From: an uncultured Candidatus Saccharibacteria bacterium | GTDB taxonomy: Bacteria > Patescibacteriota > Minisyncoccia > Phycocordibacterales > UBA2100 | Direction: 5' to 3' | Length of the DNA stretch: 64,000 nucleotides | Assembly: GCA_964434285.1 (NCBI GenBank) | Contig: CAYSUJ010000003.1 | Span: 20,992-84,991, forward strand | Shown: positions 27,219 to 36,972 of the stretch, one piece after another | How the letters are laid out: each line of letters begins with the position of its first letter | Position numbering within the stretch: position 1 is the first letter of the stretch | Translations under genes and position numbers: made by a program | Notes under the pieces: model-generated | Told to the model about the DNA's origin: nothing | What the model saw: only the letters and a program-made list of their open reading frames with translations | Database searches by the model: none

Positions 27219-28454
27219 TTACGCCAAATCGTATTTGCCCAATAGTATCTGGTCGGTTGTTCCTGATACATTGCTCACAATCTTAGATACGATGTCGTTT
27301 GTAAGCTGCGGATCTAGCGGCTTACTCGAATTTACAATCACAGACCACGGAGTATCTATCGGCTTATCGGACTGGCTAACTATAAAGACTTCACACGGTA
27401 TTCCCATTTCTTTCCATATCTGCTGGGCGATGTCCCATGCCATTGCTGAATACAGTTTTCCTGCATGATACTGCGGATTCTTTCCGCTTAAGCCCTCGAT
27501 ACTAAAGGGTCTTCGAGACGAAATAACGCCGCCTAAGCGATTTCCACGCGCCACCTGTCCTTCGTCGCCGGATTCAATACAAGACCCCGTGTACAGAAGA
27601 TAGAAAAGATCGTCCCGCTGACCATCTGCCGTATTCAGGGTGAAGTTGATATTAAGGGGTTCGTATTTGTCGCAAATCTTGCGAATGAACGATCTTATTT
27701 CTTCTAGGTTCACTTTATATTCTTTCGGCGAAGCAACTTCGGTCGATATCTGTGGCACACAAAGCGTCAAATCAACATCCTGTCCCCGCCTGACGGCCAT
27801 AATTTTTATGTCATAACCAAGCCATGAATAGGTTTTCCTGGTCTCATCAGCATTCAATGTCTGCTCAACTTCAAGCACTAATCGCTCAAGAGGCGTGTAA
27901 GGTGCCCAACCACAACCAACAGCGGTGTCGTTCGCGACAGGGCGCGTATATTCGGGTAAATCGGTCAACTTGCCAGGACGAAAGCGTGAGTATGCGGAAG
28001 AACGAGCGGTATTACTGTCCGCCGGTTGTAGCCCTCGGGTTGTATTTGAGGTAATTTCGACCATCAGCCGACAGTTGGTAAGAAAGTCAAAATTTCTTAA
28101 TTCCCTTTCCAAAAAGTCAGATGCGGCACCCACAAGCGCGTCGCGATAGAGTATCTTTTCCTCCCCAACTTGAGGCGTAACTCGCCCATTGATAAGTAAC
28201 CGCACTGGGGATACGAAATTACCGCCACCAAAGCGGACATCGCATTTCCCGCCCATCAACGAGAGCTTGTCGAACTGATGTCTCAAAATTGTTCCAAACT
28301 TATCCCTACAAATCTGGGCATAGGTACGAGACAAGAGTTCCGCCAGCCGATCCGCCAGAGTGTCAGGGTGTCCACGCCCTTTGCGTTCAACAATCTCAAA
28401 ATCAGACATCGAGAGATCCTCTAAATTGGTTACGAGATTCAGGTTAAGGGACAT
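27219..28454 (-). CDS. Archaeal-type S-adenosylmethionine synthetase (MAT family 2)
   Basis: EIVERKGRGHPDTLAD, ANDT, DIKIM, ESGDEGQVARGNR, GKNP.YHAGKLY. Confidence 0.9.
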   Translation of the reverse strand: MSLNLNLVTNLEDLSMSDFEIVERKGRGHPDTLADRLAELLSRTYAQICRDKFGTILRHQFDKLSLMGGKCDVRFGGGNFVSPVRLLINGRVTPQVGEEKILYRDALVGAASDFLERELRNFDFLTNCRLMVEITSNTTRGLQPADSNTARSSAYSRFRPGKLTDLPEYTRPVANDTAVGCGWAPYTPLERLVLEVEQTLNADETRKTYSWLGYDIKIMAVRRGQDVDLTLCVPQISTEVASPKEYKVNLEEIRSFIRKICDKYEPLNINFTLNTADGQRDDLFYLLYTGSCIESGDEGQVARGNRLGGVISSRRPFSIEGLSGKNPQYHAGKLYSAMAWDIAQQIWKEMGIPCEVFIVSQSDKPIDTPWSVIVNSSKPLDPQLTNDIVSKIVSNVSGTTDQILLGKYDLA

Positions 28455-28466
28455 AGAAATTTGTTA

Positions 28467-28976
28467 TTAGCTAAATACATCCTTTGCAATGAGTTTTTGC
28501 CATTTCTCCTCATTCCAGTCACGCCAGCCCTGTATAACCTCATCTTTGAGCACATCCGGCACGATTTCAGGCGGACTTCCGAACGAGTTAGGAAATGTAT
28601 CATTGATGTGTTGATCCTGTAAAACAGGCCACTTTGTGAAGCCGCCCATGACGGGAGAACGTAGGCCAAATACAACCCTTTTGATACGTAACTCCTGAGT
28701 GGCAAAGGCACACATGGGGCAAGGCTCAACCGAGGAATAGAGAGTCGATTCCGCCAGCTCATCCGGAGTAAGAGCCTTTTGTGCATCCAAAAGGGCTAGC
28801 ATTTCTGCATGACGGTATACCTCGCTCTTATCAAGAGCTTCGTTGTGTCGCTCGCTAATGACTTTGCCCTTAAAAACCACCAGGGCACCAAAGGGGAAAT
28901 CCTTACTTCGAGAACCGAGGGCGGCAACTCGGATACATTGGCGCATATACATGGCATCGTCGTTCCTGTCCTGCAT
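28467..28976 (-). CDS. Zn-dependent nucleoside/nucleotide deaminase (TadA/CDA superfamily)
   Basis: PFGALVV, HAE, EPCPMC, RVVFG. Confidence 0.92.
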   Translation of the reverse strand: MQDRNDDAMYMRQCIRVAALGSRSKDFPFGALVVFKGKVISERHNEALDKSEVYRHAEMLALLDAQKALTPDELAESTLYSSVEPCPMCAFATQELRIKRVVFGLRSPVMGGFTKWPVLQDQHINDTFPNSFGSPPEIVPDVLKDEVIQGWRDWNEEKWQKLIAKDVFS

Positions 28977-28996
28977 AGCCCCCTTTTAGCAGAAGT

Positions 28997-30049
28997 TCAG
29001 CCTTTTATCAAAGTCCGCCTTAGCTTTCCCCTTTCAGATTCAACAAATTTCTCTGCATATGCATGATTTTCTTCACTAATCTGCCTGCGTTTTTTCTCGC
29101 TGTCAGGCTCGAAGCTTCGGTTTTTTTGCGGATCTTTTGAGTATGTCTTTGTACGCTCCAACATTCCTTGGACTTCAGGGTTGGTCAGAGATAAGTTCCA
29201 CGCTGAATCGAGTATTGCGGGAAGTTCACTGGTAATCTGCAAGTAGTCCACAAAAAGCGCGTTCTGGTCATCATGTGCGAGTGCCTTTTTACAAAAAGTA
29301 CCGAGGAGACGGCATGCATACTCGCCATCGGTCAGAGATTCGGTTTCCGATTCACTCAGCCCAAGTATCGGAGCAAAGAACGACACATGAGTATGGCGGC
29401 TACGCATCCAGCCCGGTGGATCCCGCAAGACGGATTCGAGTACTTCTGCTCCATTACGATGAGTGAACATCCATCGAACACTTGGATACAAACTCAATAT
29501 CTCATCAATGAATAGAATATTCCAACTACGAAACTTTACGAATACACGCTCGCAGTGATCGGGCTTGCAGGCATAAATCGCACTGAGAGCCGCCTTAAGG
29601 AGTTGTTGCTTCGTTAAACCGCCAGGCAATTTCAGCGCAGGGTTCAATATCGCAAGTGCAATAGTTGGTTCTGACACAACATAAAATCGATCCACCGTTG
29701 CCAGCATCTGCATTGCAAGTGTGGATCCACAACGAGACATGTGGAAAATAAAGTGTGTCCCTTGTTCGTTAATATTCCTATCTTGAAAGTCGCGCGCAAA
29801 CACGTCAACTGGGACAAGTTCAATTCGCGGATCGTTCATATCGTAATGTAGCGGACGAACCAATACATTTTGCTCCTCTCCGATGAGCTTATTTACATCC
29901 GCCACACGAAACTGACCAGCAAGAGAATCGAGAAAGAACGGGTCTGTCAGGTTGATCTTCGGTACTTTTGCAAGAACAACATGACATTCCCCATTGGCGA
30001 TGTGTAAATCGATAGGGAGTGATACGGTCTTGTTTGACTTTTCGTCCAT
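28997..30049 (-). CDS. Sulfotransferase-like protein
   Basis: FIFHMSRCGSTL (5'-PSB loop), VSEP, and FTHRNGAEVLES (3'-PB R..S motif). Confidence 0.75.
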   Translation of the reverse strand: MDEKSNKTVSLPIDLHIANGECHVVLAKVPKINLTDPFFLDSLAGQFRVADVNKLIGEEQNVLVRPLHYDMNDPRIELVPVDVFARDFQDRNINEQGTHFIFHMSRCGSTLAMQMLATVDRFYVVSEPTIALAILNPALKLPGGLTKQQLLKAALSAIYACKPDHCERVFVKFRSWNILFIDEILSLYPSVRWMFTHRNGAEVLESVLRDPPGWMRSRHTHVSFFAPILGLSESETESLTDGEYACRLLGTFCKKALAHDDQNALFVDYLQITSELPAILDSAWNLSLTNPEVQGMLERTKTYSKDPQKNRSFEPDSEKKRRQISEENHAYAEKFVESERGKLRRTLIKG

Positions 30050-30055
30050 ATAGCA

Positions 30056-31078
30056 TCACGTTTGGTGCCCCAAAAGTTGTTTGAGGATATGGTCTGATAT
30101 ATTCGGCAAGGTAATGCGGTCGGAGATTCCGAGCGCCGCGGCAACACCATTGATCGCACGTACGAAGTTTATGCTTCGTATCAAATCCCCGCGTTGACGC
30201 TTGTCGAATACGCCACGCGGTTGGCGCACAAGATATTCTTGTGCCTCTTTGTAGATTGGCTGAGTAGGCACCGGCATCGCATCAATGAGTTTGTAACTCC
30301 ACGAACCATTTTCCTTAAAGAAAATCACATTATCCTCCCCAGCAAGCGCGAGAATCTGCCCCTCATTCTTGGCGTACGATATTGCCTTTTGAACGAAATC
30401 TATAAGGGCATCTTTGAGACCAGAATCAGTGTGCGCACGCTCAGTAAGGTGCGTGAGGAACCTCCCAGACGAAAGGTCTTGGAATTCCAAAAACTCCTTC
30501 TCGTCCACCTGCCGCCCCTCAAGTAAGTCATGCGTCATTTTGAGATAAACCGCTTCGTCTTGCGAAGAGTTTTCAGGATAATTACCGAAAGAAAAAGCCA
30601 GACGTCCTGGATATTCGGCTTCTTCACTAAACTTTTGGACAGCGACGTGCGTCCATACACTTCGGACTTTTCGTGCCTCTTCGGGCAACTTTCTACCAAT
30701 GTAATCGTCGCGGAATAATTCCTCCAATATCTCGGCCGAGATGGGAACCTGCATCAAATAACGCCTTTCTTGCAAAGCATGATCCGATCCGAAATGCCTC
30801 CAAAGATTTCGCGCTTCTGCGTTTTTGCGCCACACATCCCCGGCCGAATACACTTCGGCGTACGCCCGCATACTGTCTTCATCCGTAATACCCTTTGTGT
30901 AGCATTCATACAAAATGTCTTTGATTTTTCTCCAAGAGGCCTTAACGACCAATTCGGGATGCTTAGGAACGCGATACACTAAGTGATCTCCACCTCGCTT
31001 ATAGAACTCGGGCTTGAAGCGCGAAATAATATCGGCATCCTCCGGCAATTTATCAAATACTCCCTTGTCCAAATTCAT
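30056..31078 (-). CDS. Protein-kinase-like fold protein (atypical)
   Basis: RGGDHLVY...VVK (Gly loop and Lys), LAGEDNVIF (catalytic-loop-like), KLID. Confidence 0.55.
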   Translation of the reverse strand: MNLDKGVFDKLPEDADIISRFKPEFYKRGGDHLVYRVPKHPELVVKASWRKIKDILYECYTKGITDEDSMRAYAEVYSAGDVWRKNAEARNLWRHFGSDHALQERRYLMQVPISAEILEELFRDDYIGRKLPEEARKVRSVWTHVAVQKFSEEAEYPGRLAFSFGNYPENSSQDEAVYLKMTHDLLEGRQVDEKEFLEFQDLSSGRFLTHLTERAHTDSGLKDALIDFVQKAISYAKNEGQILALAGEDNVIFFKENGSWSYKLIDAMPVPTQPIYKEAQEYLVRQPRGVFDKRQRGDLIRSINFVRAINGVAAALGISDRITLPNISDHILKQLLGHQT

Positions 31079-32067
31079 ACTTTTTGAAAGTAACTTTTAA
31101 CGACTTTATCTCCGGCGTGCAAAAGCTCTTCTCGGGAAACGATGTCCAAAACCGTAAATTTATCGTCACGCGGACGAACCCGTCCAAGTACAGAAACTAT
31201 TTGATCGGCCGTTGTATTTTCCTGAATGTACTCGTGCATATCCACGTCTTTTTTAAGATACTCAACAATAGTATCAGTTATTGCATTCCCGTATCCCGCC
31301 TGCACCTGCAGTTGCTGTGTTACGAGAATCCCAAATAACAAGCCCATGCCATGCGGACACGCCTTTTCGCTCTCAATGTAGGAAGAAATGATGTGTTCTG
31401 ACCCACTAACCAATCTTCCGCTTCCCTGCAGTCTTGTAAGACTACCGGATTCAAGCAAACAATCGAGTAATTCCTTGAGTGCTTCTCGGGTGAACGGCTG
31501 GGAGAGTAAATCCAGAGATCTTTGAGCCAGCTTTTGTGCGCGACCACGCAAGGCAGAATCAAATACCTCACGGTGACGCTCGACAGCAATATCACAGTCT
31601 ACTTGAGCCGTGGCAGTTGCCGCCACCTCAACGATACCGAATTTATTTAGAATGTACGCCTGTTCCAACAAGTCAAAGTCAACAACGATTTCACTGGCAA
31701 CAACAGAATTGGAACTGAGCTTGCCGTGTTCAGAATCGAAAAAACTATTCCGGTGAGTTGCAAAAGAATTTGTAGACAGCGCGGACGGAATAAAACAAAA
31801 CGTACTATTCGTTTTGTGGCAGATATATTTAACAACATCAACAACTGTTCCAGCACCTATGGCGACTATCCGTGCATTTTTCTGCTTAAAATCACGAAGA
31901 AAAGTATCAAGGTCATGACGGTCGGCCCTCGCAACTTCTAAAACATTAAAGCGGGTTTTAGCTAGATGCTTTGTGTAATCGTTGACGATATAGAGATCGA
32001 AGTCCTGTTGCGAGAGATAATCTGCCACCCCACGAAAGGTCACTTTTGGGTCTGGTAGGGATAGCAT
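31075..32067 (-). CDS. sn-glycerol-1-phosphate dehydrogenase-like (EgsA/AraM, DHQS-like superfamily)
   Basis: IGAGTVVDVVKY, IPSALSTN, SGSEHIIS, HG; AGGAG SD before ATG 32067. Confidence 0.75.
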   Translation of the reverse strand: MLSLPDPKVTFRGVADYLSQQDFDLYIVNDYTKHLAKTRFNVLEVARADRHDLDTFLRDFKQKNARIVAIGAGTVVDVVKYICHKTNSTFCFIPSALSTNSFATHRNSFFDSEHGKLSSNSVVASEIVVDFDLLEQAYILNKFGIVEVAATATAQVDCDIAVERHREVFDSALRGRAQKLAQRSLDLLSQPFTREALKELLDCLLESGSLTRLQGSGRLVSGSEHIISSYIESEKACPHGMGLLFGILVTQQLQVQAGYGNAITDTIVEYLKKDVDMHEYIQENTTADQIVSVLGRVRPRDDKFTVLDIVSREELLHAGDKVVKSYFQKV

Positions 32068-32210
32068 ATTGTCTCCTATTTTCCGCTGTCTTCGGTGGCA
32101 TACTAACAAAAATGATGAGGAAATAAAGGCTTTTAGGCTACTAAGTTACCAACACCTAAGGTTTCCGAGGCGTCCTTGACTCCCTAAGGGGTCAGCGTCA
32201 TTCATGGGAT

Positions 32211-33536
32211 ATGGAAACTACAACAAGAGCCACAGGGATTATCGGCAAGCAGGTCGTCCAAGAAGCGGTCAAAGTAAGGTACTGCTTGTATGCGAGAAAG
32301 AGCACCGAGTCGGAGGAGCGGCAAGTGCTCTCGATAGATTCGCAAATCAAAGAGATGCTTCAACTGGCGGAGCGAGAAGGCCTTGAGATCGTTGCCATGA
32401 AGCGTGAATCGCACTCCGCAAAAGAGACGGGTCAGCGGCCAGTCTTCAATGAGATTGTTAATGAAATAAAGGCTGGCAAATACAACGGCATTCTCACATG
32501 GGCGCCGGATCGTATCAGCAGAAATGCGGGCGATCTTGGTAAGGTTGTGGACTTGATGGATTCCGGTGGTTTACAGGAAATTCGGACATACAGTCAAAGT
32601 TTTCGGAATAATCCGAACGAAAAGTTTCTGCTGATGATTCTCGGGTCGCAGGCGAAGCTCGAAAATGATAACCGAGGCATGAACGTGAAGCGCGGTCTGC
32701 GAACGCGCGTTGAAATGGGTCTATGGCCGACAACTCCGCCGACCGGATATTTGACACAGAAAATGATGGACAAGAAATGTCAGGTCGTTATCGATCCTGA
32801 GCGTGCGCCCATCGTCAAAAAGATGTTCGAGAAAGTGGCGTACGAAAAGTGGTCGGGTCGGCGTGTGTACCACTGGCTCCGATTCGAGCTGAACTTCCAT
32901 ACGACGGGCAACAAGCCGCTCGCCTGCGGCAACGTGTACCGTACGTTGACTAACCATTTCTATTACGGTGTCTTCGAGTTCCCGAAGAAGAGCGGAAACT
33001 GGTACAACGGCAAGCACGAGCCGATCATCAGCAAGGAATTGTTCGACGAAGTGCAGAAACAGTTGAAGCGTGACAGCATTGTGCGTCAAAGTCGTGAATT
33101 CGCGTTCACGAAGCTCATAACGTGCGGCCTGTGCGGATCAACCTTCAGCGCGGAGGAGAAGTACAAACAGCTCAAAGACGGCACGGTCGCAAAGTATATC
33201 TACTACGGCTGTGGTCGTGCCAAGGATTTACACTGCAAGAATACGTACCTACGCGAGGAAGAGTTGATCGAGCAGATCATAAAAGCATTTGATCAGGTAG
33301 ATTTTAACGAACTAGGGATTCAGCATAAGTTCGAGGAAGAGCTGCGCCGATTCAACAAGTTCCAACGCGGTGTACTTGGCTTCTCTGGCTCAAAAACGAC
33401 ACACGAGGAGGTAGATTTACGTACTTACGCGAAATACACCTTGAAGGAAGGTACAGGTGCCGAAAAGCGCGAGTTAATGGGATGCTTCAAATCGAGGATC
33501 AAGATTACTAAAGGAATAGTGACTATCGAGCAATAG
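32211..33536 (+). CDS. Large serine recombinase (resolvase + recombinase + Zn-ribbon)
   Basis: YARKSTES...SIDSQ, RPVF, DRISRN, HEPIIS.ELF, CGLCG...YYGC. Confidence 0.95.
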   Translation: METTTRATGIIGKQVVQEAVKVRYCLYARKSTESEERQVLSIDSQIKEMLQLAEREGLEIVAMKRESHSAKETGQRPVFNEIVNEIKAGKYNGILTWAPDRISRNAGDLGKVVDLMDSGGLQEIRTYSQSFRNNPNEKFLLMILGSQAKLENDNRGMNVKRGLRTRVEMGLWPTTPPTGYLTQKMMDKKCQVVIDPERAPIVKKMFEKVAYEKWSGRRVYHWLRFELNFHTTGNKPLACGNVYRTLTNHFYYGVFEFPKKSGNWYNGKHEPIISKELFDEVQKQLKRDSIVRQSREFAFTKLITCGLCGSTFSAEEKYKQLKDGTVAKYIYYGCGRAKDLHCKNTYLREEELIEQIIKAFDQVDFNELGIQHKFEEELRRFNKFQRGVLGFSGSKTTHEEVDLRTYAKYTLKEGTGAEKRELMGCFKSRIKITKGIVTIEQ

Positions 33537-33555
33537 TAATCGTGCTCGTATTTCT

Positions 33556-36500
33556 TCACCCCTCTTCCTGTAGTGGCAGATCTGAAACAAAAAGTTTAAT
33601 TGCTGCCGCTTTGTTCTTGAATACAAATTGTACTTTCTCGTAGATGTTTATGAGCACTCTACGACGCAGATATCCCTCCTTGTCTGCATACTCCCTCAAC
33701 CAAGCTGGATCTTGAGAGATGAGCTTGGCTCGGGCGGCATCGTCTTTATTCAGATCAGTAACTTTCAATTCAAATATTTCCTCCCTGTGAGTCTTATCCT
33801 GTGTGTCATTGGTTGGTGCGTACTGTACTAGCTCGCCCAGCTCCTTGAGCGAGGTAACCACGAGAAAGTTTTTGACATCTGCGTCATTAGTAAATACGCG
33901 GAAAATCGGTACGTATTTTTCTCCTATTTTGAAATAACCATCGCACCAGCGGTCCTCGTCAAACGAGGACTTTGGACGATTTCGATGATCCCATCGAGGA
34001 ATAAACGCCTCCGACCTTCGTATCCCTCCGTCATACTCGAACATGTGGTCGAGCGACTCGATGACGATGAGATTTTCGTCATCCAACGTCAAAATTGCTC
34101 TTTCAACTGCGGGGACGATATCATTCTTTGGAATAGTCTCTTTGGTTTCTAGGCCCTCAAGGATGTCACGGAAAATAATCTGACTCTCCGAGCTTGCCAT
34201 GCCATTGCCATAATTTTCGCCCCATCCGGCGTAGTGGACATGCCAATTTTTTATAAATGCGGCCTTCTCATCCAACTGGTTGTAGCCATACGCTTTAACC
34301 TCTGCATTAGCGGTGTCAGTGCGATCAACATACGTACCCGCTCTCGTGATGATGCTTCGGATTACGCTTCCATCATGAAAAGCATCGAGAAAAGATTTTT
34401 TGAATTCAGCCAGCTTCTCGGGGTCTATGTCCGTCCGTTTGACACGCTCCTCCTCGTCTTTTTCCTGTGCGTCTTTTGCTTTGGTCAGTAATGTTTTTAG
34501 TATGCCTGTCTTGGAAAGTGCAACTGTATCCAAAATAAATTCCCAATTTGTTGGCGAAGTTTCGATATCGGTAAGTAGTTTCCACAAAGCGCCATCGCGC
34601 TGCTCTGCAAGGAACGCCAAATCACGATTGTGAGGCAGCTCAATCGTATCCACATTGTCTGATGTGACCCCTCTTAAGAGAGTGAGGGCATTCACTGCGT
34701 AGAGCCGGTCGAGCTTACTATTGAAATCTATAGTATGAACTTCACCGTCCGGTATGAGTTCCCAATTATCCCAATTCCAAAATCGCTCAACATCGAAATC
34801 TCGAGCCGAAGAATAAAGAGTGGTGAGCTCTTTTATTTCATGCGGCAGATAATTTTTAATATCATTGTAATAAGCTCTAAGCTCCGTATCGTTCTGATGG
34901 AGGCGCACCATCTCAAAAATCCAAGTCGCCATGCCAAACACTAACTGCTGCTTGCGGCGCTGAATTTTCTCGGTGGCGTCCTGTCGAGCCTTCTGCAGAT
35001 CTAGCTTTTCTTGCAATATCTTTTTCTCCTCATCAGTCCGCGCAGACTCAAGGTCGTATTCGCTATAACGCGAGAATTCTTGGTCGCGTATCAAGTGACG
35101 GTAGAGAGTATTTAATTGGGACAAAAATTCTTTAAAACTATCCCTATCGCGCTTGTCGAAGGCGGTTTTGATGAGGTCCTGAAAAGTCTGGAAAACGGGT
35201 ATCGAGAAGTCAGCATACTCCGTCAATTTCTTTGCGTCGCCAATCTTGCGAGTCAACTGATTTTCTATGTAGTAGTCAGTAATTTCCTTCAGATGCCTCC
35301 ACGACCTGTCGATCATGAACTCTCGTAATGAAGGTGCGAGGCCTTCTGTTGTAGTTGCGAGCCAATACACTCGTGACGGAAACCGCACAAACACTTGATA
35401 CAGGTACTGATCCCCATACTTGATAGCGCGGGTAGCAATGGCCATCGGCAGATAAATGACGGTCGAGATAATTTCTCGATCGCGACTTTCTACAGCCTTC
35501 TCGACAATGTCTTGGATACTGTCTTCAAGCCACCCTATATTGAGCTGGCCACCAAAAAGATTCCCGCGTTCCTGCTTGGCCTGATCGTAACTGAAACCGC
35601 CGCCACAACGCGTGATCATCTCAAGGAAGGACTCGGAAAGACTTAGGTACGTTTTTCTGAGATCATCGATCTTGCCGAGCTTTTTCTCTACGATAGCGGT
35701 AATGAATTGATCCTTGAGTCCCGCCAACTCCAGATTGACCTCCTCTGAAAAATTATCCTCTTTGCCAATGATGAAAGCCTCTTGTGCCAGTTTTTGCAAT
35801 TTCTTAAGCACACCTTTGTCGGTGACACTGCGTTTCTCCACGGCGAGCAATATCATGTTGCCCGATTCGTCCCTATCTTTGAATTCAACGCGATCGGCAT
35901 ACTTTTTGACGAGGAATTGCCGGACCGTAGTGTAATTTCTGGTCGCCGACGAGGATGGAGTTGAGGCTGGGTCACCCGCTGAGAGCGTTGGCGGGCGCGG
36001 CTTGTCTTTATAAAAACTGAAGCCATTTTTATTCGCCTCACTCTCAGCGAGCTTGGCAAACTCGTCCAGTTTGTCGAGTCGTATATCCTTGACGACACCC
36101 GCTGTATCCGCAGAAAACGCATGGTGAGTCTCTTCCTCGTCACTCATCAAAAACGGATTATACGTAAGCTCGATTTTGTTCTCGCCCAACCTCTGTATAA
36201 GAAGATTGTCGGCGTAGCGTTCATTCATTCCCAAGTCGATGCTTTGCTCAATACGATCTTTGAGGAGACGCATCCGCTTTTCATAAAACAGTACCTTGCT
36301 GAGCAAGATGTTCACGAGTCGCCATAGAGAAATTATTGTAAAAATTCCCACCAAAAAAACCAGCACTGCACTCCATGCATTTACATCGAACCAAATGAAA
36401 TTCAGAAATACGAGGATTTCTCCTACAGTGAGCGGAAATAGCATGCTCTCGCGTAAGTACACCCGTGCGCGATCTTTCGTCTCGTCGTCTCTAACGCTTT

Positions 36501-36972
36501 CGGCGACAAAAATAATCAGTGCAAAAATTATCGCTCCCACACCGGCTAAGACGGCAATGAGATTCTGGTAATGATTGCTTTCTTTGAAATCAAGAGCGCC
36601 GAGCGACAGCCCGAAATGAGGCCACCACGAGTCCGGAGTGTGAGAAAGGCCGGAGAGTACAAGTATTGGTACAAGCACAGTAATCAAAGACTTCCACGAT
36701 GGGGTGTAGATTTGTTCAATCCAGCGCGTGAAAAAAGATTTGGGCGAGGTCTTACACGAGCGCTCTATTTCTTGCCTGACCAGGACGGATAGGAGATTTG
36801 TATTACTGCCTCTCTGCGTGTGCCAAAATGACCAGACGGCAAGAGCGGCTACTGTAAGCGCCAAGACAAGCCAAAGATGGTTAGGACTGCTTAGGAAAAC
36901 GCAAAAGCTGGCGGCGGCCGCAATAATCAAGAAGGGCGTGAGCCAGATTTTGTTACAGAAATAACATTTCAT
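33556..36972 (-). CDS. Large hypothetical protein (1138 aa) with N-terminal TM bundle
   Basis: About 6 TM segments in the first 230 aa, then a long soluble region; no motif recognised. Confidence 0.8.
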   Translation of the reverse strand: MKCYFCNKIWLTPFLIIAAAASFCVFLSSPNHLWLVLALTVAALAVWSFWHTQRGSNTNLLSVLVRQEIERSCKTSPKSFFTRWIEQIYTPSWKSLITVLVPILVLSGLSHTPDSWWPHFGLSLGALDFKESNHYQNLIAVLAGVGAIIFALIIFVAESVRDDETKDRARVYLRESMLFPLTVGEILVFLNFIWFDVNAWSAVLVFLVGIFTIISLWRLVNILLSKVLFYEKRMRLLKDRIEQSIDLGMNERYADNLLIQRLGENKIELTYNPFLMSDEEETHHAFSADTAGVVKDIRLDKLDEFAKLAESEANKNGFSFYKDKPRPPTLSAGDPASTPSSSATRNYTTVRQFLVKKYADRVEFKDRDESGNMILLAVEKRSVTDKGVLKKLQKLAQEAFIIGKEDNFSEEVNLELAGLKDQFITAIVEKKLGKIDDLRKTYLSLSESFLEMITRCGGGFSYDQAKQERGNLFGGQLNIGWLEDSIQDIVEKAVESRDREIISTVIYLPMAIATRAIKYGDQYLYQVFVRFPSRVYWLATTTEGLAPSLREFMIDRSWRHLKEITDYYIENQLTRKIGDAKKLTEYADFSIPVFQTFQDLIKTAFDKRDRDSFKEFLSQLNTLYRHLIRDQEFSRYSEYDLESARTDEEKKILQEKLDLQKARQDATEKIQRRKQQLVFGMATWIFEMVRLHQNDTELRAYYNDIKNYLPHEIKELTTLYSSARDFDVERFWNWDNWELIPDGEVHTIDFNSKLDRLYAVNALTLLRGVTSDNVDTIELPHNRDLAFLAEQRDGALWKLLTDIETSPTNWEFILDTVALSKTGILKTLLTKAKDAQEKDEEERVKRTDIDPEKLAEFKKSFLDAFHDGSVIRSIITRAGTYVDRTDTANAEVKAYGYNQLDEKAAFIKNWHVHYAGWGENYGNGMASSESQIIFRDILEGLETKETIPKNDIVPAVERAILTLDDENLIVIESLDHMFEYDGGIRRSEAFIPRWDHRNRPKSSFDEDRWCDGYFKIGEKYVPIFRVFTNDADVKNFLVVTSLKELGELVQYAPTNDTQDKTHREEIFELKVTDLNKDDAARAKLISQDPAWLREYADKEGYLRRRVLINIYEKVQFVFKNKAAAIKLFVSDLPLQEEG

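Noticed and set aside
28467-28976. Calling the deaminase tadA
   Set aside because: It has the HAE/PCxxC core but sits in a cargo operon, and I do not see the TadA-specific motifs; substrate unknown.
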